Shown here: positions 13,536 to 22,562 of the stretch, piece after piece
Layout of the letters: each line of letters starts with the position of its first letter
Position numbering within the stretch: position 1 is the stretch's first letter
Assembly: GCA_964412865.1 (NCBI GenBank)
Contig: CAYPQR010000001.1
Coordinates: forward strand, 1 to 46,574
DNA length: 46,574 nucleotides
Direction: 5' to 3'
From: an uncultured Intrasporangiaceae bacterium
GTDB lineage: Bacteria > Actinomycetota > Actinomycetes > Actinomycetales > Dermatophilaceae
Translations under genes and position numbers: made by a program
The notes under the pieces: model-generated
Database searches by the model: none
What the model was told of the DNA's origin: nothing
Seen by the model: the letters and a program-made list of their open reading frames with translations, nothing else

Positions 13536-14992
13536 CTCACCCGCGTATCGGCATCGCCGGTATAGCCATCGAATCCAGCACCTTCTCGCCGCACCGCGCC
13601 GGCCTCGACTCGTTCGACCTGGTGCGCGGCGACGACCTGATCGCACGGTATTCGTTCCTCTCGCCCGGCTCGCGGATGCGGGAGTGCGCCGACTGGGTCC
13701 CTCTGTTGCGCGCGGGGTCCCTGCCCGGGGGTCCGGTGCCTCTCGCCGTGTATGAGCAAATGCGCGACGAGATCGTCGAAAGGCTGCGCGACGCGGCGCC
13801 TCTCGACGGACTCTTCCTCGACATTCACGGAGCGATGAGCGTCGTCGGCCTCTGCGACCCGGAAGCCGATCTGCTGCGCGCCGTGCGCGCGGTCGTCGGC
13901 GACGCGACCATGATCTCCGCGTCGATGGACCTGCACGGCAACGTGTCTCGCGCCCTGGTCGAGCGGCTCGATCTGATCACGTGCTACCGGATGGCTCCTC
14001 ACGAAGATGCCTGGGAGACACGGGAGCGTGCCGCGACCAACCTGGTCGACCGCCTGGCGGACGGCGGCCGGCCCGCCAAGGCGTGGGTGCAGGTGCCCGT
14101 TCTCCTGCCCGGGGAGAAGACCAGCACCCGGATCGAGCCGGCCGCCGGGATCTATCGCCAGGTCGCTGCGGCCGCGGAACGCGAGGGCGTTCTCGACGCC
14201 GCCGTATGGGTCGGATATGCGTGGGCCGACGAACCGCGCAACCAGGCAGCCGTGGTCGTGACCGGCGACGACCGCGAAGTGATCCGCGACGAGGCGGCCC
14301 GCCTTGCGCGGGCCTACTGGGAGGCTCGCGACGACTTCGCGTTCGTCGCACCTGTCGGCACCTTGCAGGAATGTGTGGACGCAGCGCTGAGCAGCTCGGC
14401 CCGGCCATACGTCATCAGCGACTCCGGTGACAACCCGACGGCGGGAGGCGCCGGCGACGTCACCTGGACCCTCGCCCGGCTCCTGACCAATGAGCACCTC
14501 ACTGGCAACGGTCGAACCACTATCTATGCCAGCGTGTTCGACGCCGAGGCGGTGTCCGCGTGCTTCGCGGCGGGGCGTGGGGCATCCGTGGACCTGCGGG
14601 TCGGCGCGAACGTCGACGGCATCCACGAGGGGCCGGCGCACCTCGCGGGCCGCGTTCACTCACTGGTCGAGGGTGACCCGGTGGCGGGCAGGATCGCGGT
14701 GGTGGCCGTCGGGGGACTCCACGTCATCGTCACAGAACGGCGCAAGCCCTATCACCTGGTCGCGGACTTCACCGCCCTCGATCTCGACCCGGCCGCCGCC
14801 GACATCGTCGTCGTGAAGATCGGCTATCTGGAGCCGGAACTCTTCGACATGGCCGCCGACTGGCGCATGGCCCTCACGCCTGGCGGCGTCGACCAGGATC
14901 TTCTGCGGCTCGGGCACCGCAATCTCCGCAGGCCGATGTTCCCCTTCGACCGCGACATGGCCGACCCGGACCTCACCGTCCAGTTGGTCTAG
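13532..14992 (+). CDS. M81-family metallopeptidase/amidohydrolase (MlrC-like)
   Basis: IESSTFSP, LDIHGAM, DLHGN, YRMAPHED and SDSGDNPTAGG motifs; ATGA overlap with the regulator. Confidence 0.9.
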   Translation: MTHPRIGIAGIAIESSTFSPHRAGLDSFDLVRGDDLIARYSFLSPGSRMRECADWVPLLRAGSLPGGPVPLAVYEQMRDEIVERLRDAAPLDGLFLDIHGAMSVVGLCDPEADLLRAVRAVVGDATMISASMDLHGNVSRALVERLDLITCYRMAPHEDAWETRERAATNLVDRLADGGRPAKAWVQVPVLLPGEKTSTRIEPAAGIYRQVAAAAEREGVLDAAVWVGYAWADEPRNQAAVVVTGDDREVIRDEAARLARAYWEARDDFAFVAPVGTLQECVDAALSSSARPYVISDSGDNPTAGGAGDVTWTLARLLTNEHLTGNGRTTIYASVFDAEAVSACFAAGRGASVDLRVGANVDGIHEGPAHLAGRVHSLVEGDPVAGRIAVVAVGGLHVIVTERRKPYHLVADFTALDLDPAAADIVVVKIGYLEPELFDMAADWRMALTPGGVDQDLLRLGHRNLRRPMFPFDRDMADPDLTVQLV

Positions 14993-15059
14993 GACCGCGT
15001 GACCACGCGCGCGGCCGGTCCCCCGGGCGGTCATACATCGGGCGCCCGGCACGCCGCGA

Positions 15060-15401
15060 TCAGACCTGCTTGGGCAGATGAGCAACCAGCGGTGTGTCCA
15101 CACCGAGCGCGCCGAGCTTGGCGGCCCCTCCCGGTGATCCCAGCGGCTCGTCCCGTCCTGGCAGGACCTCGCTGAAGAAGGCGTCGTTGTCCTTCAGGTA
15201 GGGCACCAGGTCCTCGGGCAGATCGTCCTCGTAGTAGATCGCCTCGACCGGGCAGACCGGCTCGCACGCACCGCAGTCGACACACTCGTCCGGGTGGATG
15301 TACAACGTGCGCGCGCCCTCGTAAATGCAGTCCACGGGGCACTCGTCCACGCATGCCCGATCCATTACGTCAACACACGGCTGACCGATCACGTACGTCA
15401 T
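15060..15401 (-). CDS. fdxA: Ferredoxin (FdxA, 7Fe type)
   Basis: [26 protein letters not shown]...[14 protein letters not shown]. Confidence 0.95.
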   Translation of the reverse strand: MTYVIGQPCVDVMDRACVDECPVDCIYEGARTLYIHPDECVDCGACEPVCPVEAIYYEDDLPEDLVPYLKDNDAFFSEVLPGRDEPLGSPGGAAKLGALGVDTPLVAHLPKQV

Positions 15402-15413
15402 GCCGGTAGTTTA
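15402..15413 (-). promoter_or_regulatory. Putative -10 element for a leaderless fdxA transcript
   Basis: Minus strand TAAACT, 6 nt, then ATG; no Shine-Dalgarno. Confidence 0.5.
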
Positions 15414-15493
15414 CACGAAGAGATAGTGCAAAATATCGTCCATCTCGCGCCTCGAGCGATGCCGCGAAGGAGACGACCCCCGCCCACAGATCC

Positions 15494-17227
15494 TCAGTGC
15501 TCGACGCCGATCGAACCCAGGTCGGGATACATGGCAACCGCAGGGTTGTTGATGTAGCCGGTGATGTTCGATCCGCGCACCAGATAGAACTTCTCGACGC
15601 CCAGCGGAATGTAGGCAACGTCCCTGGCCAACTGCTCGTCGATCTTGGCATAGACCGTGGCCGCGGCATCCGCGGACGTCTGACTCTCGGCCTTGTCGAT
15701 CATGCGGTTGACCTTCGCACTCTTGAACGACCCGTAGTCCTGCCCGTTGGAGTGTGGAGTCAGGTTGACCCTCGAATCGAACAGCGGCGGAATGACGGTC
15801 GACATCGCCGGCCAGTCCGAACCCCATGCACCCCACAGCAGGTCGGCGTCGAAGTGTGGGTTCTGCACGTCGCTCCAATAGGTGTCGGCGACGCCGTCGA
15901 GCGTCACCTTGAATCCGGCCTTCTCGTAGCCGGCCTTCAGCGCCGCGAACTGCTTGTCGGCCGTCGGAGTGCCGCCCGAATACGCGAGTTTGATGCGGTA
16001 GGGCAGCTTGACACCCGCCTCCTTCAGCAGCTTCTTCGCCTTCTTCGGGTCACCCTGGTCGGGCACCTTCGCGAAGATGGGATTCTTCTGGTAGCCCTTC
16101 ACCGACGGATTCACGATCGAATAGCCCATCGTGTATGCCTTGCTGCCTCCGCCGGCCTGGATGTAGCTGGCCTTGTTGGTGGCCCACAGCAGCGCCTGGC
16201 GCACCTTGGGGTTCTTGATCTTGCGGAAGTTCGGCACGAGGTAGTCGACATAGTGACCGGGTGGGTTCACGGCTCGGTCGGTGACGGACCCGGTGACCTG
16301 GCTGAACAGGGACGGCGGCAGGCTCTCGTTGGTGACCGCGTCCCGGTCCTTGCCGCTGTCGGCGATCATGCGCTTGCCTGCGACGTCCGGCGCCACGCCG
16401 GCCTCGAACACGATCTTGTCCGGCAGCGCCTTCCGCACGCCATCGGTCTTCGGGTCGTACTCCTCGTTACGGACGAACGTGCCTCCGCTGCCCTTCGTCC
16501 ACTTCCCTTTCAGCTTGTACGGGCCGTCCGAAAAGATCTGGTAATTGGACTTGTTGCCGTGGTCCTTGTCCTTGCGATATGGGTCGAACGCAGGAAGGCG
16601 CGCAATGGCGAGGTTGAAATCAGGCCAGGGCTTCTTGAAGTGATAGGTGATCGTCTTGCCCTTGCAGGTGATCGCCTGGTCGAAATACTTCTTGCCGTCG
16701 TTCTTGTAGGGGCCGTCGTAGACCGGCAAGCCCTTGCGCTTGCCCGTCTTCGTCACGGGGATGTCCAGGTACTTCAGCAGGTAGTTCGGCCCTCCGGTGA
16801 TCACGTCGGTCGCGAAGGTGCGTGATGCGCCGTACTTCACGTCGGCGCAGGTGACCGGCTTGCCGTCCTGCCACCGGATGCCGTCCTTCAGCGTGAAGCT
16901 CCAGGTCTTGCCGCCGTCCGACACCTTCCCCGTGCCCTTGGCCAGATCCGGCACCGGAGTCGTCGCCTTCTGCCGGTTGGACGTGACCGGGAACTGCACG
17001 AGCCCGCGGGACCAGAGACGATCGATGTTGGCCATCTCGACACCGACGTAGTCCCGCTGCGGGTCCCAGTGCTCGACCGGCTTGTCATAGAGGTAGTAGA
17101 GGGTGCCGCCCTTGCTCGACTTCTGCGTGCTCCCCGCGCTCGCACCACCCCCACCGCAGGCGGCCAAGGTCGTGCAGGCCAGCACCGTCGTCCCGGCGAT
17201 CGACAGACATCTGATGGTCTTGTTCAT
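15494..17227 (-). CDS. Orphan ABC solute-binding lipoprotein, family 5
   Basis: Lipobox TLAAC, WDPQR, PDLA and WQDGKPVTCADV motifs; no adjacent permease or ATPase. Confidence 0.9.
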   Translation of the reverse strand: MNKTIRCLSIAGTTVLACTTLAACGGGGASAGSTQKSSKGGTLYYLYDKPVEHWDPQRDYVGVEMANIDRLWSRGLVQFPVTSNRQKATTPVPDLAKGTGKVSDGGKTWSFTLKDGIRWQDGKPVTCADVKYGASRTFATDVITGGPNYLLKYLDIPVTKTGKRKGLPVYDGPYKNDGKKYFDQAITCKGKTITYHFKKPWPDFNLAIARLPAFDPYRKDKDHGNKSNYQIFSDGPYKLKGKWTKGSGGTFVRNEEYDPKTDGVRKALPDKIVFEAGVAPDVAGKRMIADSGKDRDAVTNESLPPSLFSQVTGSVTDRAVNPPGHYVDYLVPNFRKIKNPKVRQALLWATNKASYIQAGGGSKAYTMGYSIVNPSVKGYQKNPIFAKVPDQGDPKKAKKLLKEAGVKLPYRIKLAYSGGTPTADKQFAALKAGYEKAGFKVTLDGVADTYWSDVQNPHFDADLLWGAWGSDWPAMSTVIPPLFDSRVNLTPHSNGQDYGSFKSAKVNRMIDKAESQTSADAAATVYAKIDEQLARDVAYIPLGVEKFYLVRGSNITGYINNPAVAMYPDLGSIGVEH

Positions 17228-17404
17228 GACGTTTGCTCCCTCGGCGTGCGTGCCCGGCAGTGGTAAGGTTTCCGCATTAAAGGTCTTAAGGCAATGCCTT
17301 TCATCAAATCGTCATCAGCCGTCGCACAGGAGCCGGATCACGGGCGAGCCCACCACCGGCTGGTGGCAGTGACACGTGTGCGCTTCGGAGCCAAGGAGAT
17401 CCCC

Positions 17405-18262
17405 ATGAACACGCGACGACCGCCTCGGGCGCTGAGGGCCGCCAGTCCCCCGCTTCCCACGTCGGACGGTCTGGCGCGCCTGCTGTCCGACGCGCTCGAC
17501 CAGGCCACATCATCACCGGTGCTGGGCCCTGTCCGCGCGACGACCGTCGTCGGAGAGACCGTCGACCGACTGCTGACCGCCGTCGCGATGGGTGAGTTCC
17601 TGCCCGGCGAGGCCATGCCGTCCGAGCGGAAGCTGACCGAGATGCTGGGCATCAGCCGGGTGGCGGTCCGGGAGGCCCTGAGCCAGCTGGATGCCGTCGG
17701 CGTCACCGAGGCGAGACGCGGCCGGGGTGGTGGCCGCTTCGTGCGCACCGGGTGGGTCGAATCATCGGCGGCCGCCGTGCGGCACACCCTCCTGCCGCGC
17801 TGGCAGGAGATCGAGCAACTCCTGGATCTGCGCGCCCTGATCGAGGAACTGGTCGGCCGCACCGCCGCCGAGCGAATCGATGCGGCGGGCCTGGAGACGG
17901 TGCAGGACGCTCTCGAGCAATATGACCGGTCCGAGACCCTACGCGACGAGCATGTCGCCGACGCGAGGTTTCACGGCGCCATCCTCGAGTCCACGGGCAA
18001 CGACCAGCTGGTCGCCCTGAGCCGGCAACTGCTCGCGCGCACGAGCATCGCCTTCCCCTGTGAGCCCTGGGGCAATGAGAGTATGCCCGCCGACGACCCC
18101 GAGTTCCGGGACGCGCGCACCGACCACCGGCAGATCTACCTGGCCCTGAGCGCACGCGACGTCGAACTGACCGGCCACCTGTGCCGCATCCACTTCGGCA
18201 TCACTGCCGCGATGTTCCGTGCGGTCATGAGCCAGGCCCAGTCGGGATCGGACCACGACTGA
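17405..18262 (+). CDS. GntR/FadR-family transcriptional regulator
   Basis: PGEAMPSERKLTEMLGISRVAVREAL HTH and FCD domain (DARFH...GNDQL); RBS AAGGAG upstream of ATG 17405. Confidence 0.92.
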   Translation: MNTRRPPRALRAASPPLPTSDGLARLLSDALDQATSSPVLGPVRATTVVGETVDRLLTAVAMGEFLPGEAMPSERKLTEMLGISRVAVREALSQLDAVGVTEARRGRGGGRFVRTGWVESSAAAVRHTLLPRWQEIEQLLDLRALIEELVGRTAAERIDAAGLETVQDALEQYDRSETLRDEHVADARFHGAILESTGNDQLVALSRQLLARTSIAFPCEPWGNESMPADDPEFRDARTDHRQIYLALSARDVELTGHLCRIHFGITAAMFRAVMSQAQSGSDHD

Positions 18263-18290
18263 GCATCGCCCGCGGTGACGTGTCGGCGCG

Positions 18291-18680
18291 TCAACTGCCT
18301 CGGTGCGTGCTGATGCGCGGAGGTGTGCGCAGGGTGTTGGTGACCCAGCAGAGCCGCCGGGCCGGCTCGAGGAGGCGCTCGACGAGTTCAGGGTCCGCAT
18401 CCGCGCGAACGGCGATGTCGATCGCGCAGATGCGCGGCCCGTCGTAGTCGGCGGAGACGTCCACCGCAAGGCCGGGCAGTACGGCGTTCCGCTTGCCGGC
18501 AACGAACGCCATGGCGATGGTGAAGCACGATGCGACGGAGGCGAGCAACACCTCGGTGGGCAGCGGTGCGGGTGAACCGTCGGCGAGAGCCGCGTCGTGG
18601 CCGATGTCCCAGGACGATCGGCCGACGGCGACGGTGGCACTCTGGCCGCCGGTCCAGGTCGCCGAGACGTGCCGACTCAC
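18291..18680 (-). CDS. OsmC/Ohr-family protein
   Basis: P.PTEVLLASVASCF and ARRLCWVTNTL, with both conserved Cys; GTGA coupling to the DUF1116 stop. Confidence 0.85.
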   Translation of the reverse strand: MSRHVSATWTGGQSATVAVGRSSWDIGHDAALADGSPAPLPTEVLLASVASCFTIAMAFVAGKRNAVLPGLAVDVSADYDGPRICAIDIAVRADADPELVERLLEPARRLCWVTNTLRTPPRISTHRGS

Positions 18681-20101
18681 GTGTGTCCCCCCGGCGCCGG
18701 CCGGTCCTCCGCCGCCAGCGCAAGCACGGCGTCCCGGAAGCACGCGATGGGCGCGGTCGCCACCCCTGCGCCGATCTGACCGACACCCGAGTCGGCGTGC
18801 AGGATGCCGGTCGTGATTCGCGGCGGTAGGCCGAGTTCGACGACATAGCGGGCATCGACACCGAGCGGAGTTCCCTGGGAGTCCCACGTGGGCAGTGTGA
18901 AGCGGGTGGAGTGGGTCACGCAGGTCTGGGCCATGTCCTCGGTGACAACCCGCGCATCCGACATGTGACCTCCGAGAAATCCTGCAACAGCGGGAGATCC
19001 GGCCGCGGCCGCACCACCGAGGCCGACGAGTTCCAGCACGGCGCTGTCGCCGATGTCCGGCGCACTCGTGTCCGGTCCGTAGTCCGGGTAGTACATCGCG
19101 TCCAGGATGGGCGGGGCGTCGGCGAGGAAGAGACGGTCGTTGCCCGCGAGCCGCAGCCCGAACGTCGTGCCGTTGCGACACATCGTCGTCACCACACTGG
19201 ACCCTTCGACCCGTTCGGCCCACATCGTCAGCGACCTGGCCGCGGCCATCGCGAGGTTGAGGAAGAAGAGATGGTTGCCCGAGAGGAACCTCGCGAGCTC
19301 GACGCGTCCGGCGTCCGGGAGTGCGGCAAGGTGCGGCAGCAGGTTGCGGACCATGAGGTTCGTCGTGCCCTGGGTGCGCATGTGCACGTCGTCGCCCATC
19401 TGCACGCCTTGCGCGGCGAGCGCCATCACGTCGATCGGACCGGCGGCGCCGACCGCCTCGCGCAGCATCGGTCCAGCCACCTCCCGCAGGAACCGCAGTC
19501 GTGCGACCGCGCCGTCGGTGTCACGGCCGAACCAGGCCGTATCGCCGGGGCCCTGGTTGATCGGCGAGAACGCCCGGGTGCCCCCGGCCTCGTTGTCCAC
19601 GACGAAGACCGGTGTGGCCGGACCCATCGCCGTCGCCATCGGCACGACAACTCCGAAGTCACCGGCAGGGCGCAGCGCGATGGCGCCGTCCTCGATCAGC
19701 CGGCCGGCCTCGGCGACGTCGTCCGCCCATCCCTCGGCGACGGCGGCGGCACGCATCGAGCGACGCAGCGGATCGCACACCTCCGGCCACTCGATGGGCG
19801 GCCCGCAATGCAACAGCGTGCGCGGCGGCAGACCCTCGATGGCCTCCCCCGCCGGTGCGATGCCCACGAGTGTCGGCACGCCCTCGTCGAGACGACGCAC
19901 CACCTCGGCGTTCGCGCGGTCGATGTCCCCCGCCCGTGGACCGTGCAGACGCGTCAGAGCCGTCACCACCTGTGGGTCCCCGCCACCGGGGATCCGCCAG
20001 TCGAGTTGCTGCACCGGCCGGTCCTGTTGCGAGATCGCGTCGGCAAACAACGGTAGCCCGATGTTCACCACGGAGAGGGTTTCGGGAATGTCGATACTCA
20101 T
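18677..20101 (-). CDS. DUF1116 protein (YahG/YlbE/AllG-like carbamoyltransferase subunit)
   Basis: LLHCGPPI.W, QGVQMGDDVHMR, FFLNLAMAA, PDIGDSA..E..GLGG and ITTGILH...GQIGAG motifs. Confidence 0.9.
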   Translation of the reverse strand: MSIDIPETLSVVNIGLPLFADAISQQDRPVQQLDWRIPGGGDPQVVTALTRLHGPRAGDIDRANAEVVRRLDEGVPTLVGIAPAGEAIEGLPPRTLLHCGPPIEWPEVCDPLRRSMRAAAVAEGWADDVAEAGRLIEDGAIALRPAGDFGVVVPMATAMGPATPVFVVDNEAGGTRAFSPINQGPGDTAWFGRDTDGAVARLRFLREVAGPMLREAVGAAGPIDVMALAAQGVQMGDDVHMRTQGTTNLMVRNLLPHLAALPDAGRVELARFLSGNHLFFLNLAMAAARSLTMWAERVEGSSVVTTMCRNGTTFGLRLAGNDRLFLADAPPILDAMYYPDYGPDTSAPDIGDSAVLELVGLGGAAAAGSPAVAGFLGGHMSDARVVTEDMAQTCVTHSTRFTLPTWDSQGTPLGVDARYVVELGLPPRITTGILHADSGVGQIGAGVATAPIACFRDAVLALAAEDRPAPGGHT

Positions 20102-21609
20102 CGCTCCTCCTCGAATGTTCCGGCGACCGTGCGAGCCTCGGCGAGCAGCGCCGCAGTAGCCTCGCCCAGGTCGGCCCGCCGAGCCTCTGCACGGTTCGCG
20201 AGGTCCCGTGACATCTCCCGGCAGTGCTCGACCATCTCGGTGACCGCCGACGGGGCGGCCCCGCCGAGCGCGGCACGTGTCGTCACGATGTTCATCGGAT
20301 CAAGCACCTCGGTCAGGTCCAATCCGGCCAGGTTCCAGTCGCGTCCGGTGTCACGGCGTGCCGTGTCGTCGAGCATCCGCCCGGTGATGTCCTTCCCGGG
20401 GATCCCCCGCCGGCTCGCCTCTCTCACGGTGTTGCCGACGACGGTGTATGCAGTGCGGTAGTCGACTCCGCAGTGTTGGGTGATGTATTCGGTGAGGTCG
20501 GTCGCCTGCGTGTAGCCGGCATCCAGGCTCTCCCGCATACGTTCCGCGTTCACCGTCAGGGTCGCGACGACACCGGCCATGAGGCGTGTCACGCGGATCG
20601 AGAGGTCGAGGGCCCGTGGCACCTCGCCATACGCGAAGATCAGGTTGTCGCTGCGCGCCGACGGGCTCTTGGCGACGGCCAGGAATCCGCTCAGCCGGCC
20701 GATCAGGATGCCGGATGCGCCGCGCACGATCGATAGCGAATAGGGGTTGCGCTTCTGCGGCATGAGGATGCTGGAGCGGGTGTAGCCGTCGTCGAGGTCG
20801 ACGAAGTCGAATTCGCTGCTGGACCAGATCTCGAGGTCCTCGGCCAGCTTGCTCTGGGTGGAGGCGAGGCTCGCGGCCGTGGCCAGCACGTGGATCAGAC
20901 CGTCGACCTGCCACATGGCGTCTCGGGTGTGCTCGATGACCCCGGTGAAACCGAGGGCGCGGGCGATGTGGCTGCGGTCCGCGAGCAGGCGTGTGCCATT
21001 GACGCATCCGGCACCGCCGGGGCTGTGGTTGACCCAGTCGAAACCGCTCAGCAGCCGGTCACCGTCGCGCATGGCCGGATACGCGAAGTTCAAGATGTAG
21101 TGGCCGAAGGTCGACGGCTGAGCCTGTTGCAGGTAGGTCTGGTCGGGCATCAGGGTCGCCACGTGCGCAGCGGCCTGATCGGCGCATGCCGCCACGAACC
21201 TACTCGTGTGTCCCACGAGTTCCAGCAGCTGGTTGCGGACGAACAGCCGCAGCGCGATCCTCGCGGCCTCGCGCCGGGGGCGGCCTGCATGCAGCCAACC
21301 GGCCACATCCCCCAGGTGCGCGACGAAGTACCTCTCACGAGAGTTGTAGGGTTCGCCGAACTCGGGTTCGTAGGGGAACTCGTCAGCGCTCAGCCGATGC
21401 ACGTCGAGCAGCAGACCCAGGATCTGACGGGCGGCCTCTGCAGGAATGATCCGCCGACGCAGCAGATCGAGCACGTGCGCCATGTCGGCGAGGTTCAGAC
21501 CCTCGTGCAGGAATGGTGCGTCATCGTTCTCGAGCGCGAATCCGGAGTCGACGAGTTCGGGTGCAGGGCCGCTCGTCGGCGGACCGCTGCGGCGCGGCTT
21601 GCGGCTCAT
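20098..21609 (-). CDS. Argininosuccinate-lyase-like aspartase/fumarase-superfamily enzyme; candidate CoM-pathway (Xcb) lyase
   Basis: LHAGRPR, MPDQTYLQQAQP (His replaced by Tyr relative to ArgH), SSILMPQKRNP signature, ATDLTEY. Confidence 0.85.
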   Translation of the reverse strand: MSRKPRRSGPPTSGPAPELVDSGFALENDDAPFLHEGLNLADMAHVLDLLRRRIIPAEAARQILGLLLDVHRLSADEFPYEPEFGEPYNSRERYFVAHLGDVAGWLHAGRPRREAARIALRLFVRNQLLELVGHTSRFVAACADQAAAHVATLMPDQTYLQQAQPSTFGHYILNFAYPAMRDGDRLLSGFDWVNHSPGGAGCVNGTRLLADRSHIARALGFTGVIEHTRDAMWQVDGLIHVLATAASLASTQSKLAEDLEIWSSSEFDFVDLDDGYTRSSILMPQKRNPYSLSIVRGASGILIGRLSGFLAVAKSPSARSDNLIFAYGEVPRALDLSIRVTRLMAGVVATLTVNAERMRESLDAGYTQATDLTEYITQHCGVDYRTAYTVVGNTVREASRRGIPGKDITGRMLDDTARRDTGRDWNLAGLDLTEVLDPMNIVTTRAALGGAAPSAVTEMVEHCREMSRDLANRAEARRADLGEATAALLAEARTVAGTFEEER

Positions 21610-21611
21610 CG

Positions 21612-22562
21612 TCACTCCTCGAGGCCTTCCAGGGCGGACGCGATGCCACCCGTGCACCAGAACACGTAGGGGCCCGGGTCGCTCGCGACGAGCGCACGCA
21701 GCACGGTCATCGCCTTCGCACCGTATGTGTCGTCCAACAGCAACCCGCCCGCGTGGAATGCGACGCGCGCGCTCTCGCGATCCGCGGCGCCGGCGATGCC
21801 GAATCCCGGGCCGACCGCGTCACGCACCTCGGCGAGGTCGGGCTCCGGTCCACCGAGCACACTTGCGCACTCATGGGCGAGTCTCCCCACGCGGGAACGG
21901 ATTTCGTCCGCGGGTCTGCTCACCGACGCGCCGACGATCCGCATCGAGAGCCCGAACCGTGAGCAGCCCGCCAGCAGGCCTGCTTGGCTGCCACCCGAGC
22001 CGGTGGGTAGCACCACCGTGCCCGTGGCGATGCCGGCTTGTGCGCACTGCTTTCCCAACTCCTCCGCCGCCAGGGCGAACCCGACGCAGCCCACCGCAGT
22101 CGCCCCGCCTCGCGGCACGGCATAGGGTCGCCGCCCGGCGGCTCGCAGTCGGGCGGCATGCGCGGCGACGAGGCCGTCCAAGTCGCCGCGGGTCGCGCCG
22201 GGCTCGAAGTGCAGCCTCGCACCCGCTGCCAACGACAGTCTCATGGCCGTGGGCGGGTCATCGGGTGCCTCGCCACTGTGCACGATCTCGCACGCGAGAC
22301 CCGCCAGGCGTGCCGCGATCGCCGCAGCCGCGCAGAAGTTCGAGTGTGGCGAGCCCGCGGCGACGAGCACGGTGGCGCGGCGGGCGAGGGCGTCGCCGAG
22401 CAGGTATTCCAGCGACCTCGCCTTGTTGCCGGCCACTGCGAGCCCGGTGAGGTCATCGCGCTTCAGCCAGATCGGTCCGCCGCCGAAGGCGCGTTCCAGC
22501 CCGTGAGCACGATGCAGGGGCGTCGGAGTCACGGCCAGCGGAAAGCGTTCTGGGAGCATCAT
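21612..22562 (-). CDS. PLP-dependent D-cysteine desulfhydrase / ACC deaminase homolog (XcbE-like)
   Basis: PTPLH, WLKRDDLTG..AGNKAR.LEYL (PLP Lys), SNFC, GSGGSQAGL and LDDTYGAKA motifs. Confidence 0.9.
   Translation of the reverse strand: MMLPERFPLAVTPTPLHRAHGLERAFGGGPIWLKRDDLTGLAVAGNKARSLEYLLGDALARRATVLVAAGSPHSNFCAAAAIAARLAGLACEIVHSGEAPDDPPTAMRLSLAAGARLHFEPGATRGDLDGLVAAHAARLRAAGRRPYAVPRGGATAVGCVGFALAAEELGKQCAQAGIATGTVVLPTGSGGSQAGLLAGCSRFGLSMRIVGASVSRPADEIRSRVGRLAHECASVLGGPEPDLAEVRDAVGPGFGIAGAADRESARVAFHAGGLLLDDTYGAKAMTVLRALVASDPGPYVFWCTGGIASALEGLEE

Noticed and set aside
13532-14992. Microcystin degradation (mlr) cluster
   Set aside because: Only an MlrC-family domain is present; no mlrA, mlrB or mlrD, and the context is sugar-related.
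21612-22562. True ACC deaminase (acdS)
   Set aside because: Operon context fits an XcbE/D-cysteine desulfhydrase-like role, and the C-terminal LDDTYGAKA differs from the TDPVYEGKS motif typical of AcdS.
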